64,000 nt of DNA, from positions 566,272 to 630,271 of the forward strand of contig NW_002060958.1 of the NCBI RefSeq assembly GCF_000150275.1. Direction: 5' to 3'. The notes beneath the pieces were generated by a model. It saw nothing but the letters and a program-made list of their open reading frames with translations. It was not told the DNA's origin and ran no database searches. The stretch's first letter is position 1; the number at the start of each line of letters is the position of its first letter. This stretch comes from Trichoplax adhaerens. Its lineage: Eukaryota; Animalia; Placozoa. Positions 25,410-37,567 of this stretch are shown one piece after another. A program made the position numbers and the translations under genes.

Positions 25410-28400
25410 CATGTAAGATTGATAAGGCTAGGTCTGAACAAAGGCAAAGCTGCACATGTTATTAGATAGATTACGCGGCTAATAAAATGGTAGGTTCCTG
25501 TGCAGTGTATGGGCATGCGACGTTGGCACATAGAGCCAATAGTACAAGTACGCTGTTTCATCGTACGAAAGACAGTCTATAATTACTTTAAAAAGCATAA
25601 CTGATTATACTTTATGTTATAGTACTTCACTTTATAATGCTACCATACTTTAAAAAAGAAACTACTGCAATTAGCACTAGTCGCTAACGCACGCAATTAT
25701 TCTAACAACAAATCCAACTGGATTTCTGAAATAAACGTTTATCTAAACGCTTACAAACTCTTACATTAAGAAGTAGTATCTTAAATTAATCTGTTGTATT
25801 AAGAGGATTAAGGTAATTTTTTATTCCTTGTAATTTTAATATTATGTGATAAACAATAATTTTAATGACTCATAATTTTATTGATGAATACTTATTACTA
25901 CTTTAGTAATAGAGAAGTCAAAATTTTGTATTTTTACTATCATAACTAGAAATCGTCAATTTCATTATAGCAATTATTTCTTATTTACCTTATTATAGCG
26001 CATTTTATTTGATTTCATTACTATTCTTAAAGCGATCTATATCAAATAATGATCAACGACTATCAAATGATAAACAAACTGTCCAGTTATCGTCTTTCTT
26101 AATTTAATAGACTTGAAAGGTAATTTCAAGTTTTAATTCATTTCTTACGTATGTAATTAATTAAATTGGATAAATCGCTTTTTATTATTTAATTATAATA
26201 AAAATTTAATTTAATTTATAGACTGACAAGTCTTAATTATTATATTTGTTATTATTTTTGATCCAACTTTTAACTTGATTACAGAACAATGATTACATAC
26301 GCTTGATTACGTTCATTATTTTGTTGATCAAGCTAATTCATAGATGACAAGATGATAGCTCTATTTTAACTGCTTAAATTAATCAAATAAATCATACAGG
26401 AGTTTATCTTATCAAAAATCGGACTGTTCCAGGAAATAGGCTGTAATGATATTGATGGAAAGGAAAAATACCTTCCTGCTAATGGTGATGACGATCATGG
26501 TAACGGCAAAACAAATTTAAATTTTACATCAGCTAATCTTGAACGTGGAATTTTTAATTAAGGTAAGGTGATAGTAAATAGTCAACAACGAAAGGACTAA
26601 TATTTTATTTCGTACAGAGATAGTTAAAACTAGCAGTAGGGATAATTTTGCTTTACATTCTGTCGTGTGTCAGTTCATGATTTTATAAATTTTCTATCCG
26701 AATACTTGAGATGAGTACTAAATAAGATGAATTGCATTCTAAGTAAACTGAATGTAGTCTGAAGTCGTTAATATTGATTATTAGAAGTCATAAATTAATA
26801 ATGGGCATACGTAAGCTTCGAAATTTTAGAATTTTAGAGATCATCGTAGCTTAAGTGATGATATTAAGCATTGATAGTTTTGATACCTAGATGCCTATTT
26901 TATTCGATTTGTTATGACTGGTAATGTCTAAACCTATATAGTTGAGACGCTATAAGCAAATTAAGGGTAATTTTTTCATGATAAACTTAAGAGCCCCAAA
27001 AAACAAGTGGTCTTACTTACTTTCATCTATTTAATTTATCTTTTGAGGTCATTATAAATAAATTTAAGGAATGTGCGCGTACATGCATAGTCTGAATTGG
27101 ACTGTGATATACAGGGTCGAGATATAGTAATTATTAATTGCCAGGCTTGCAGATCCGTCAAACTGTCCAATTTATTTAGTTAAAATTCGAAGTTACTAAC
27201 GAGTAACTGAATGCAAAACTTAGGAAAGCCGATATGTTGCCAACAAGTAACGAGATCAAATCTCATCAATAACTGTAGGCTAGCTCTCTTAGCTTAGCTT
27301 GCACAGAAGGGTGGACATACAAATCGCAAAACTTGAATTAACGATTTAAGACCTAATGATATTAGGTAAATTTGCAGTCCATATGCTTACATAATCCTGG
27401 AGATAACGTAAATCGAACTGATAATTAGCTTGAATAACTGTCGTTGTTCTAATTTGCAGTCTTAAACACTGCCAGTTTTTGTGTATTCATAGTCAAGTGC
27501 AGATTACTAATTTAAGGCAATTACATTATAGAAAGAACCATATTTAAATACCAATTGTTAATACTAATGTTAGCTATTGGATTAGTAAGAAATACCACGC
27601 ATGAAAATAACGTATGATATAATATTTATGCTAAGAAAAAGTTAGCAAAAATATATTAATGAAGCTAATAGTAACATTTTTCTATGCTTAAGTCATGCAT
27701 AGTATCGCTGAGTATGGCTTATTTATAGAGGCATGATAGAGTTCTTATTATAGCTAATATTAGTTATTAATGGATAAATATTAGGAAAAATAAATAACCG
27801 AATGAAAATTTTAATGTCGCTAGTTTAAGGTCTTGCTACTATTTTACGCAATTGTAAATATATATGCAACGTCAAAGTTTTAAGATATAAGTAGCAGCTA
27901 TTAGGTTTTAAAGACTCAAATGCAAGTTACTTTTCAATGCGAACATTTTTATAAATGCATCATACTAGTGAATAACAGATTAAAGTTGAGTGAAGAGCTG
28001 AGGGTGTGAAAATAGTTAATTACGCATGAGTACGATATATTAAAGAACAGGATGATTCCAGGCTCTAAACGAACACTAATTATAGTAATCCATTTGCCTT
28101 GACTTCCTATACGATCTGTGGTATTCCTCCTTTAATTAAGTAGTTTACAGCTATTTAAGAGTAGATATTTATTCTTACACTTTCCTTAACAATTCATGAA
28201 AACAGCTGGAGAATTTTACGATAAACAATGCTAATGCAAGTCTAACTGATTTCGTATGCGCTATTTTAGACGAAGAAACATTGCTTTTGAAAGCATCTAC
28301 GCTTTACTGTTATCTTTGTCATGGATAATACTTCAAATTAGCTTACTCGCAATTACAACACTAACACTGGATTCTTCATCAAGTACTATTAAGATAATTC

Positions 28401-29142
28401 TTACACCAAATTTGTTTGATCGATATCAATTAATTTTTTATTATGAAAGCCAGGAGTGTAATTATGATCGCACAATTTATTTAGAAGGAAGTCAATGAAT
28501 TACATAATTTCTTAAGATGGCATATAACAGAAAAATACTATATCATTTCTTAGTCCTTCAGAATATCATGCATACTACTGAACTTATACCTGCCGTTAGT
28601 TAATACTAGCTTAACGGTTGATCGATGAACTTACTTTTTAAAGTTCTGAAATTTACTCAATGTCTTAAAACTTCTTTCTGCTAATATTTGTTGTCATGAT
28701 TACATATTTAATTATGAACAAAAATGATGGTACGATCGATAATATTGATTTATCGGCGTAGTATAAGGTTAAGAAAGGTCTTGGATCTTCACGTCAGGAA
28801 TGCGAGTAAGTATTGCTCGTCTATATCCTAGAATATATTTTTATTCTTAAAATCAAGTCTAAAATCCATGTTATTTGACGATAGAGCCAGTGCGTCATTT
28901 AATATTCTACACATAGTTTTGTTAACACTGCAAAATCTTTACATCAACCTGATTTTAAAAGCAAATTTTTCCAATGCTTAATGATACCGACGTACTACTG
29001 CGCTTTAGATTATAGTTTTTCTTAACAGAAAAACTATTGAAAAATATGAGAGTCGAATAAACTATACATTGTTCGATGTGACAATTGATCAAGCTACTGG
29101 CTTTACTTATAATAAATTCGACCATAATTAAGAATTTAGCTA

Positions 29143-29228
29143 CAGGAGCCTTATATGAAGGAGCGCTTATCTAAGGCCTTACTTTAAGAAAATTAGGCTT
29201 TATACGCCGGCTTATCGGACTTTTAGTA
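29143..29228. mobile_element. Possible degenerate MITE relic with repeated (G)GCTTAT subterminal motif
   Basis: aggagccttatatgaaggagcgcttatctaagg...ggcttatcggacttttagta. Similar motif at ~33577-33612. Resembles GGGCTTAT-repeat TA-targeting MITEs as recalled from marine invertebrates; no full TIR pair seen. Confidence 0.3.
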
Positions 29229-31670
29229 ATTTAGATATTCTATAAATTCTCCTTTGCTTTATACTAACTGTAAAAAATCTAATGACATACTTACATGGTC
29301 TACATTCTTTGATTAAAGTTATCTCATATTAAAAGTAAATTTTATCGGTTCGGTTTGTCCTTTCGCCTGTAATTAATCAAATTAAAAGTGGTTTATTAGA
29401 AAACCAAAAATAATGTGCACTTAACCAAGTTCAGTCTATCATAAATTATCGTCTTCCATAAACAAGTATACTCGTACGGTGCCATTTATACAGCCATGAA
29501 TGAAAATGAAAGTTGCATATCCTGATGGTACCATACCATTACTGGATTATTTCTAGACTTTTATCCTTGATTCACCTCAAGGACAATAAATCAAATTTTT
29601 ATAATCGAAGCTACTTCATCTAGCTATTGTATGTGCATAGTTGTTTTATAACGGTTCTACCCATTTTAGCCACGAATTTTTTCGCTCATCTTTTAAAAAA
29701 TTTTATATTCAGGTAGTTGAGGTATAGCATATGAATTGTGCGGCATTAATAGGAATAATTCTTTTCGGATTTTTATTGTTGATGATGTTTATTAATAATC
29801 TGTGATATTTATATCAAAATTTTAATATTGAGCATTTCGCTCAGTTGGATAGTAGGTTAATTATGAATAGATCAGAGCTACTATATTAATTCACAATATA
29901 CGTCGATAGCAATTTTTATTATATAGAACATGGAGTAAAAGTAGGTATAATTGCTACGATTGTTCGACTATAATCTGGATGATACTGGAATCACAAAAAT
30001 GACAGTCTTCACTTTAATATATACATAAAACATAGACCGGAACTATCTTTTATAATATTTTCAGAAATTCTATCATAGTAATGCTTATTATCAATAGCTT
30101 TACATCTTGGTTTAATTCAAACATTTTGATCATGTCCATTATATTTGATAGAGAAGATATTCAAGATAGACTATTGTAAATGGTAATCATAACTACATTA
30201 ACTTAATTGTTTACTTTGATCAAATCGTCGAAAGCAACAGTAAAATGCCTCTAATTGTGTTTAGAGTCTTCATACATCATAGCTATTAAAGCTATTCCAT
30301 GGATACAGTCATCAATTCTTAGTCTTACCTATTGAATTTCCGTCACTGTATCATTAAGGTATTGATAAATACTGTTATACAAGCTTTGTCCGGCAGTTAC
30401 GTATAACGATAAATTTCATCAGTAATCACGTTCCACGCCGATATTTTCTTATATCCCTCATTGCTTTATTATTTTATTATTTTTAATTGAACTCTGCTAT
30501 TTTCCCCATCGTACTCCATTCTATGTTGTATGCAACAGAAATTTTAGATACTTTAGACCTCGAACGAATATTTATCAGATAACGTCAATTTATAGGATAA
30601 TGGGCTATATGTTACCTATTTCCTTTCGTACCTGTAACAACTTTAACTAGTATATATGAAAATTAGGCGAGTCCAATTTCTTTAATTAATGTGGAACTCA
30701 TTAATTATTAATTGCTTAGAGCCTGAAATACTATAATAATCTATCACAACTTGAGAGAATTTAATACATATCTAGTAAAGTAGCAAGAAGTTAGCTATTT
30801 TATGACTAATTTCTGATGAGATATTTTTAGATACGATACGGAGTACAGGGTTGCATTTAATTTCTAAACATTGATTGGTATCATGAGATATTATGGGAAT
30901 CAAATTTTCTACTTTTGTTATTTTTCTAAGAGCTATTCTGTGGCTAATTTGAAAAAGTACTAGATTAAATAATTTTCTTAAATCAACAGTTGAAAAAGGA
31001 ACCTGTTCATAAAATTGATATTTTCAAAACTAGACGATATAATCCAACTGAATGATATATACCAGTACGCTACAGTGAAACGATTCTATTAATATAACCA
31101 TAGTAAACTAGTCACTTCTAAATAATATAGGAAATTGTAATTCATTTCATTTTTTTATGTGTATTGCATTCAACATTAATAATTGATTTATTCATTTTTG
31201 ATGCTATAGATGGTTAATCAACTGAGATATTAAAGCATTACTGCGTTAGAGATAGATTTATTGGAAACTCCTATCCAATCAAAGCCATTCAACGCCATTT
31301 CCTCAATAATTACTGGCACCCTTTGTTATTCTGATTGATTTAACTGAAAACAGTCTATCAATACAGTTTCCCTGTCTAATATAAGTCTATTATTAATGAT
31401 AAATTCAGCATTTGTTTATTTTATAAAGCTTTAACAACTTGAAATTGCTGGATACCAATCATCCTGTTACGAATCAGTTTCCACTAAACGTTTCTATCGA
31501 ATCACTTAAACGATCATTCTGTGTCTTATCAAATAACGAATAATATCGTTATATACATGAGCGTCTAAGTGACTGGAAAACATTTTTAATTCTACTGATC
31601 TGTCAAGGGTGGTTGTACGAATATTGAATTGAGTTGCCTTGAATTATTTTAGATGGAATAAATATCAAAG

Positions 31671-32768
31671 ATGAATAACTGTGCCGTTTGGAATACGAGT
31701 ACTGCTTCTGTACCATTTAAAAGACAATATGCTGCAGTTATTCCCGCTTCATTAATATGTATTACGAATTTGGCGATGGTTCTTTTAATTTTATGGAAAA
31801 GAAAATTAAGAACAACAACCAATGCAATTATTTGCAGTAGCTGTATTACATCGATCATATTCTCAATGACGTTAATCCTCAATGCTGCAATCGTAGCGAT
31901 AGTGCCCAAACAACTTGGAAATTTTTTCTTAACCTCAGTTATCAATCCCACCCTTGAATTAACCATAGGAGCCATTTTTAATTTTCATATTACCATTATA
32001 AGTGTGGAACGCTTCTATTCAGTTATACACCCGTTTCACTATCGTCGTCATGCTAATTCTCGTAATACCATCATAGTTTTGATCGTAGTCTGGCTATTAC
32101 CAATATTTATAGTGTATATACCGCTACATCTGATGCAAGTAGAACATAAATTGTGCCCACAACGCTTCTATAATGAAAATGTTAATTTCTTCTATATCAT
32201 GATATCCTTCATATTTTCCTTACCGCCACTTGTCATCGCAATAACCTACATTATAATTATTATTAAAGTCTTTTCCATGAAAGATGAGACATGGGCTTCG
32301 CATACAGTCGGGATGATTACGTTAGCTACCGCTCATGCAGTAGCATTATCGAGTAATAATATCAATATGCAACAGCGGTCTTCTCGCTTAAGCAAAATTC
32401 GACATCGGAATAATACTAATCAGCAAATAGCATTTCGACATAAAAAAGCCCTGCTACAAATGCTGCTCTTGATTGGTATCTATTCGATAGCTTTATTCCC
32501 ATTCTACATTGTGATTCTTCTATATCTTCAAACATTTGATGACAATTTCCTTACTGCAACTTATATAACCTATTTGGTGGCCATTACATATTTACTCATT
32601 CATCCTATCTTGTCAGCAATCTTTATTTCTTCCATTAAAGAAGAATGTAGGAGAATATGGTGTCGATTGACGAATAGATGCACAGTGAATAAGATTTCGC
32701 CGCGAAAAATCTGTTTATCTAGATGCAATAATTCCATTACACTAGTTCAGAAGTATTCATCTGGCTGA
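31671..32768 (+). CDS. Intronless orphan rhodopsin-class (class A) GPCR, 365 aa
   Basis: Seven hydrophobic segments; TM1 TNL; LRTTTN in IL1; ISVERFYSVIHPFHYR; TM4 VWLLP; TM5 SLPP..I..Y; TM6 LFPF; TM7 HPIL; helix 8 IKEEC. Confidence 0.92.
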   Translation: MNNCAVWNTSTASVPFKRQYAAVIPASLICITNLAMVLLILWKRKLRTTTNAIICSSCITSIIFSMTLILNAAIVAIVPKQLGNFFLTSVINPTLELTIGAIFNFHITIISVERFYSVIHPFHYRRHANSRNTIIVLIVVWLLPIFIVYIPLHLMQVEHKLCPQRFYNENVNFFYIMISFIFSLPPLVIAITYIIIIIKVFSMKDETWASHTVGMITLATAHAVALSSNNINMQQRSSRLSKIRHRNNTNQQIAFRHKKALLQMLLLIGIYSIALFPFYIVILLYLQTFDDNFLTATYITYLVAITYLLIHPILSAIFISSIKEECRRIWCRLTNRCTVNKISPRKICLSRCNNSITLVQKYSSG

Positions 32769-35700
32769 TGATCACTTTTAAATCGAATTTTTTTATATCT
32801 ACAGTTGTAATAAATGATCAATAAATTTACATTTTACTGTTACTGTTTTTAAGTAGAAAATGCTTTTATTAGTATTTGATTTATTAATATTATAACGAAT
32901 AGCGCTCATTTTTCACAATGAACTATAGTATTGGTATGTTTGATAATCTTGACAGCAATTTACGATTATTAGATCATGCTTGTTGTACCTCTCATGAAGT
33001 TAATGATGGTCAGCTCAGATAAGGGTCTAATAATTTTTGAGAAAAAGGATGATTCACTTCTATCTCTAACTAGGATAATAGCATAGAATTACCAAAATAA
33101 AACTTGATCTACTTCAATTTTCTAGCAAATCTAATTCGATAGTTATTTATTCTGAGTTTCAAGCATTATTATTAATCGTGGTTGGAGCACTGGCATCATG
33201 AATTGAAATTTTTCCCCTAAATCTAGAAAGTAAAACTTTCTGTAATTCTTAATGAAAGGAATATCTGTTTCTGGGCGATATATTGCTTTTTAGCTGCTAC
33301 ATTATAACGAGCTTCATAATGTTTTCCAGTATTTTGAATTTGATTCTAGGCAATTGTAATTAGTTCATATAGAAAGAGTAAAATAAGTATAAGAATACTA
33401 ATGGCTACCATCTGAAAATGCAGTAGCCTATTAAGTTGCATTCAGAACCTACATTAGTCGATAGTTACCAGTATTAACTGGCATAATGATATATGTTAAT
33501 TTAAGCCCTGCTCTTAATGTACTAAAAATCAAGAATAGTCATTTTTATAAATAACTAAGATCAACTTTATAAATCTGCTTATTATCAGGGGGGGATTGAT
33601 TAGGATTTTAACCCGAAATTATCAGTGTTCCTTCATCTAACATGAAGCTCACAAAATAGGCTAGTGCTAGGCATTTTCTAAATTTAAGAAATACGTCAAT
33701 CAATCGCTAATTTCTATAGTTCAGGATAGGCGTTTGCAAATATCTACTATTTGATATATATAGCATTAAAGTTATGATAGTATTTCAGAAGCTTAGGTTC
33801 GATTTGGATTGATTTCTTATTATTGACTTTGTAAACGTTAAATACATTCGTAAACTCATCATTGCTGTCATATATCATCCTTACAACAGCAATTACATCA
33901 GAGTTGACAACAATTGCTTCCTTAATCAGTGTTTGCTTATTATTATCAATTTTTATCAGAATTATGAAAGAAGAGAAACCGTGAAAATTATTTTTCCAAC
34001 TTGAAAGGAGAATTTCACCGTTATTTGCGGATAGCGACGGAAATGAAGCGATCGTATTGTGGATTTTTTTTATGTTAATTCGATAAGGTAGATATTTGAA
34101 AACACAATTTTGATTTTATTCGTTAATTATTTATCATAAGCGTAATCTGCACTTTAGTTTGAGTCTTGATAATTATTTCTTCTACCTTTATGACTTTTGT
34201 AGTATTAATTAAATCAACTTCTTGAATTAATTTGTTTCGATGAGTACTTTCTCTACAATAAATTTTCCATCAAAAATAACATTTTACTACAACGATGCTG
34301 TGAAGTCTATTTCTAATCGAGTTAATCTCGCTTTCTAACAATTAGATATTTCGTTTTAACCTGATTAGTAGCAGTGCTGTAAGTCAAAATAAATTGGAAT
34401 TACTCTTTAGGATTATTACAGTAATTAAATAAACTTAGAAGAATTTTATAATGAGAAACGGATGAATGCTATTGTTAACCTTTCAACACCTTATTTTAAT
34501 TCAGCAGTAAAGAGTATTGAGTCCGTGCTTAAGGGTACAGCAGAATTTTGTGATAGTTTGCAGAGTTGCTTATAATTTATAAACCAATGCCTACAAAATG
34601 ACTTTATATAGTCAAATAGATACCATCTAGATCCTGTGATAGTATTTTATGGTACGGCAGTAATCGTACTTATTGGTGATTGATTCTCAGGTAAAAGACC
34701 GCCTATAATTGTTCTTGTTTTAATATTATCGCTCGTTATTAATTGAATAAGTTACGGGTTTATTCGATATCTGAATATATATACGACCATAATACGATAG
34801 TTTATGCTATCTTAACGATATAAATAAACCTCGATCATAATTATTGCCGGTAGAAACTGTAGTTATGTAACTGATATGCAATACAGCAGATGTCAAGTGT
34901 ATTGTTAGAGTCGAATATAAAGAATTTATTAGTAAGTTTAGAAGTAATTACCCGATCACAATAGTACAGAGTGTTTGGATTATATATCTATCTATATATA
35001 TGCCGAATTCTTAAAAGGAATGCAATTAAATTATTAATCGGCCTGTAATGCAATTGGGAAATTTGAGTTATGGAATTCTGGTTAAGTATAACAAGTTTTA
35101 TATTGGTTTTAGAAGAAATTCTAATCAAGCTATACAGTTATTGGAGAAGTTGCTGTCTGATTTTAATAATGTCAGTGAGCAATGATCAAACTGCTACTGT
35201 CTATTCTCTTAAGGAAATAGAATTACGTAACCGACCAGTCACCATTTTTGGGATTTACTGATGATGATCTACTGTGCTAATGATAGCACCGGAACATATA
35301 CCGGCACTCTAAAGAAAATGTTGTTGCTTTACTAGTTCTCAACCTAGTATATACTTAGATTAATGTTAAGGTAGATAGTAAATCCACGCCAGATATTTCT
35401 TGAAGTTCTTTAGAATTGCTAGCGTTAATACTGTAGACCAGATGCCTAGACAAGTGATGGCTTGAAGTGCAAGATGAGGGCTTTTCGACTATATCTGCAA
35501 GGTTATACAGCCACAAATCGATTAATTGAAAGCAATATGTACAGCACCTATATTAGTACATAAGATAGAAGAAGAAGAGCTAAATTTATGAAACTGCACC
35601 TAAGTATCATTTCGTTGAGGAAAGGATTAGTCACTAACAATTTATTACCGCTATGGTCTTCAATAACGATAACTGAAGGCTGAGTAATGAAATTTTTATC

Positions 35701-36957
35701 ACTAGAATAAAGATTTGGAGATCTATTATTTTGATCATATTTAATTTTCGATGTTATAACAGCGCAGATTATAGATAACTTTAGCCGATTTCTATGCCTA
35801 ATAGTAATGAGCTACTACGTTTCTGAAGTGAAATCTGATCTAAAATTTCTGGAAAGCATGATATTGATTTGATGAGTCTTCATTTTAAATAATAATAATA
35901 ATAATTTTGATTAATTTTAATAATAATGATATATTTTTCGGAAGGCTTCATGCTCTTTTACTTATACGGTATTTAACTTGAGACTAAGGAAGGATTTTTG
36001 CAGCAGGTAATATTTTTAACAGTTTACACCAGCAAACTTCAATTAAAACACAAAACTATCGTTTTATATGTTAACATAAATGTATTTTTATAATATACTG
36101 GATGTTTGCTAATTATTAGAAATAATCTAGAAGTTTAAATCAATAACTGACTTGCCTATAAACACCGATCATCTGCCATAATAAAATGATAAGTTATTAT
36201 CCGTCGATATATTCGCTAATCTGTCATGTTTGTCGCGAAAAGTAATCTAAATTGCTCTAGCAGAATGTATTATTTTGTGAAATAATTTATTACTTTGACT
36301 CTTTGAGACAGACTGCATAAAAAATTATATTTTATTAATGCCCTGTGGCATATTTCCAATAGAAACTAACTGAAAATCTGTACGTGTAGTATGTATGATA
36401 TAATGATTTTATTAGAGCACTACAGTAACTATAAATCTTTACAAGTATTACATTTAGGATTGTATATGTTATTGGTAGTTTTATATTCATCGATTAGTGA
36501 ATATTTGTTCTGTTAATAAATTCTACAATATTTTGTGATATTACTATATTAACATGCTTAGATCTTTCTATCAGTAATCAACGACCTAAATTGTTATATT
36601 ACTTGGTGACATCTATTTAGATATTTAAGGACGCATTTTCACTCAAATCACGCTATTCTTTACTTAAAAATTGTTATGAGGCCATCCGTTGGACGAAAAT
36701 AATAGCAAATGTCATTTTGTTTACATTTGACGAAATGATTGACTATAATTCAAGGAAGAATATGCTTCTGTATTGTTATTGTTTAGATTTTAATGAATAA
36801 TAGCCGTATAATTAATATCAAAGACGATTAATGCAATAATGACTGTACATTAATCAGCATATGGAGATGAATATCATAATCTACTTTGGCGTTATATGAT
36901 ATGAATGGGAAGCACATGACTCGGATAGAGTTTGAGGATTAGCATAAAATACGTAAG

Positions 36958-37567
36958 TGTCGGGTTCAACCCACGACAAGGAAACCTGTGTCTTTAAATT
37001 TGTATAAATACTAAGGCTACAACAGCCAAAAGTGCCCCAACGCGCTAAGAGTAGACTAGACTTAGGCTTTTAAATTAGTTTATTAAATAAAGGTAGTCTT
37101 GACATCCAAGACTACTCTAAATACACGCGTACACTGCACGGTCAATCGTCAACTCAATAGATAATGAGAGCACCGGGCTTTATATACCCTAGCTCGGTTG
37201 CACTCGGTGCACAGCTTAGATAAATAACCCTAAAAATATATAGCTTTCGTATAGCCGACTGTCTACATGGTTCAGTCATGGCAGACGGCGTAAACAACAC
37301 TAATAAGTTACGAACTAATTAAAAGCCAATTAACAATCAAAGGCTCGGCACAAAGTAACAGAAATTACCATGTGTGAATATTAGTTGTCATCTCTGTAAA
37401 TACACTATTCTGCACAGAGTCTACAACAAGTATAGCTAGACTACTAACAACGTTACAATTATCGAATACCTAATAAATAAAGGTTATTAGAAATTAATAA
37501 AAAATCTTAATTACTAATTACTAAAACTAACGCTACAATTAATTTACGGAGTCTGTACTCCGTCACA
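36958..37567 (-). mobile_element. Solo LTR-like element, family A (610 bp)
   Basis: TG...CA termini; perfect 5-bp TSD GTAAG (36953-36957 / 37568-37572). On the minus strand, TATATAAA (~37178-37185) is followed by AATAAA (~37079-37084). GC-richer than flanks. Confidence 0.85.

Noticed and set aside
31649-31975. 108-aa minus-strand ORF (also 59352-59543)
   Set aside because: Antisense shadow of the GPCR genes.
35520-35595. LKAICTAPILVH resembling a gypsy RT/RNase H linker
   Set aside because: No YxDD or TDAS motif nearby; frames are full of stops.
36961-36975. GGTTCAACCC tRNA T-arm/B-box-like motif
   Set aside because: No cloverleaf or A-box; it is part of the LTR terminal hairpin.
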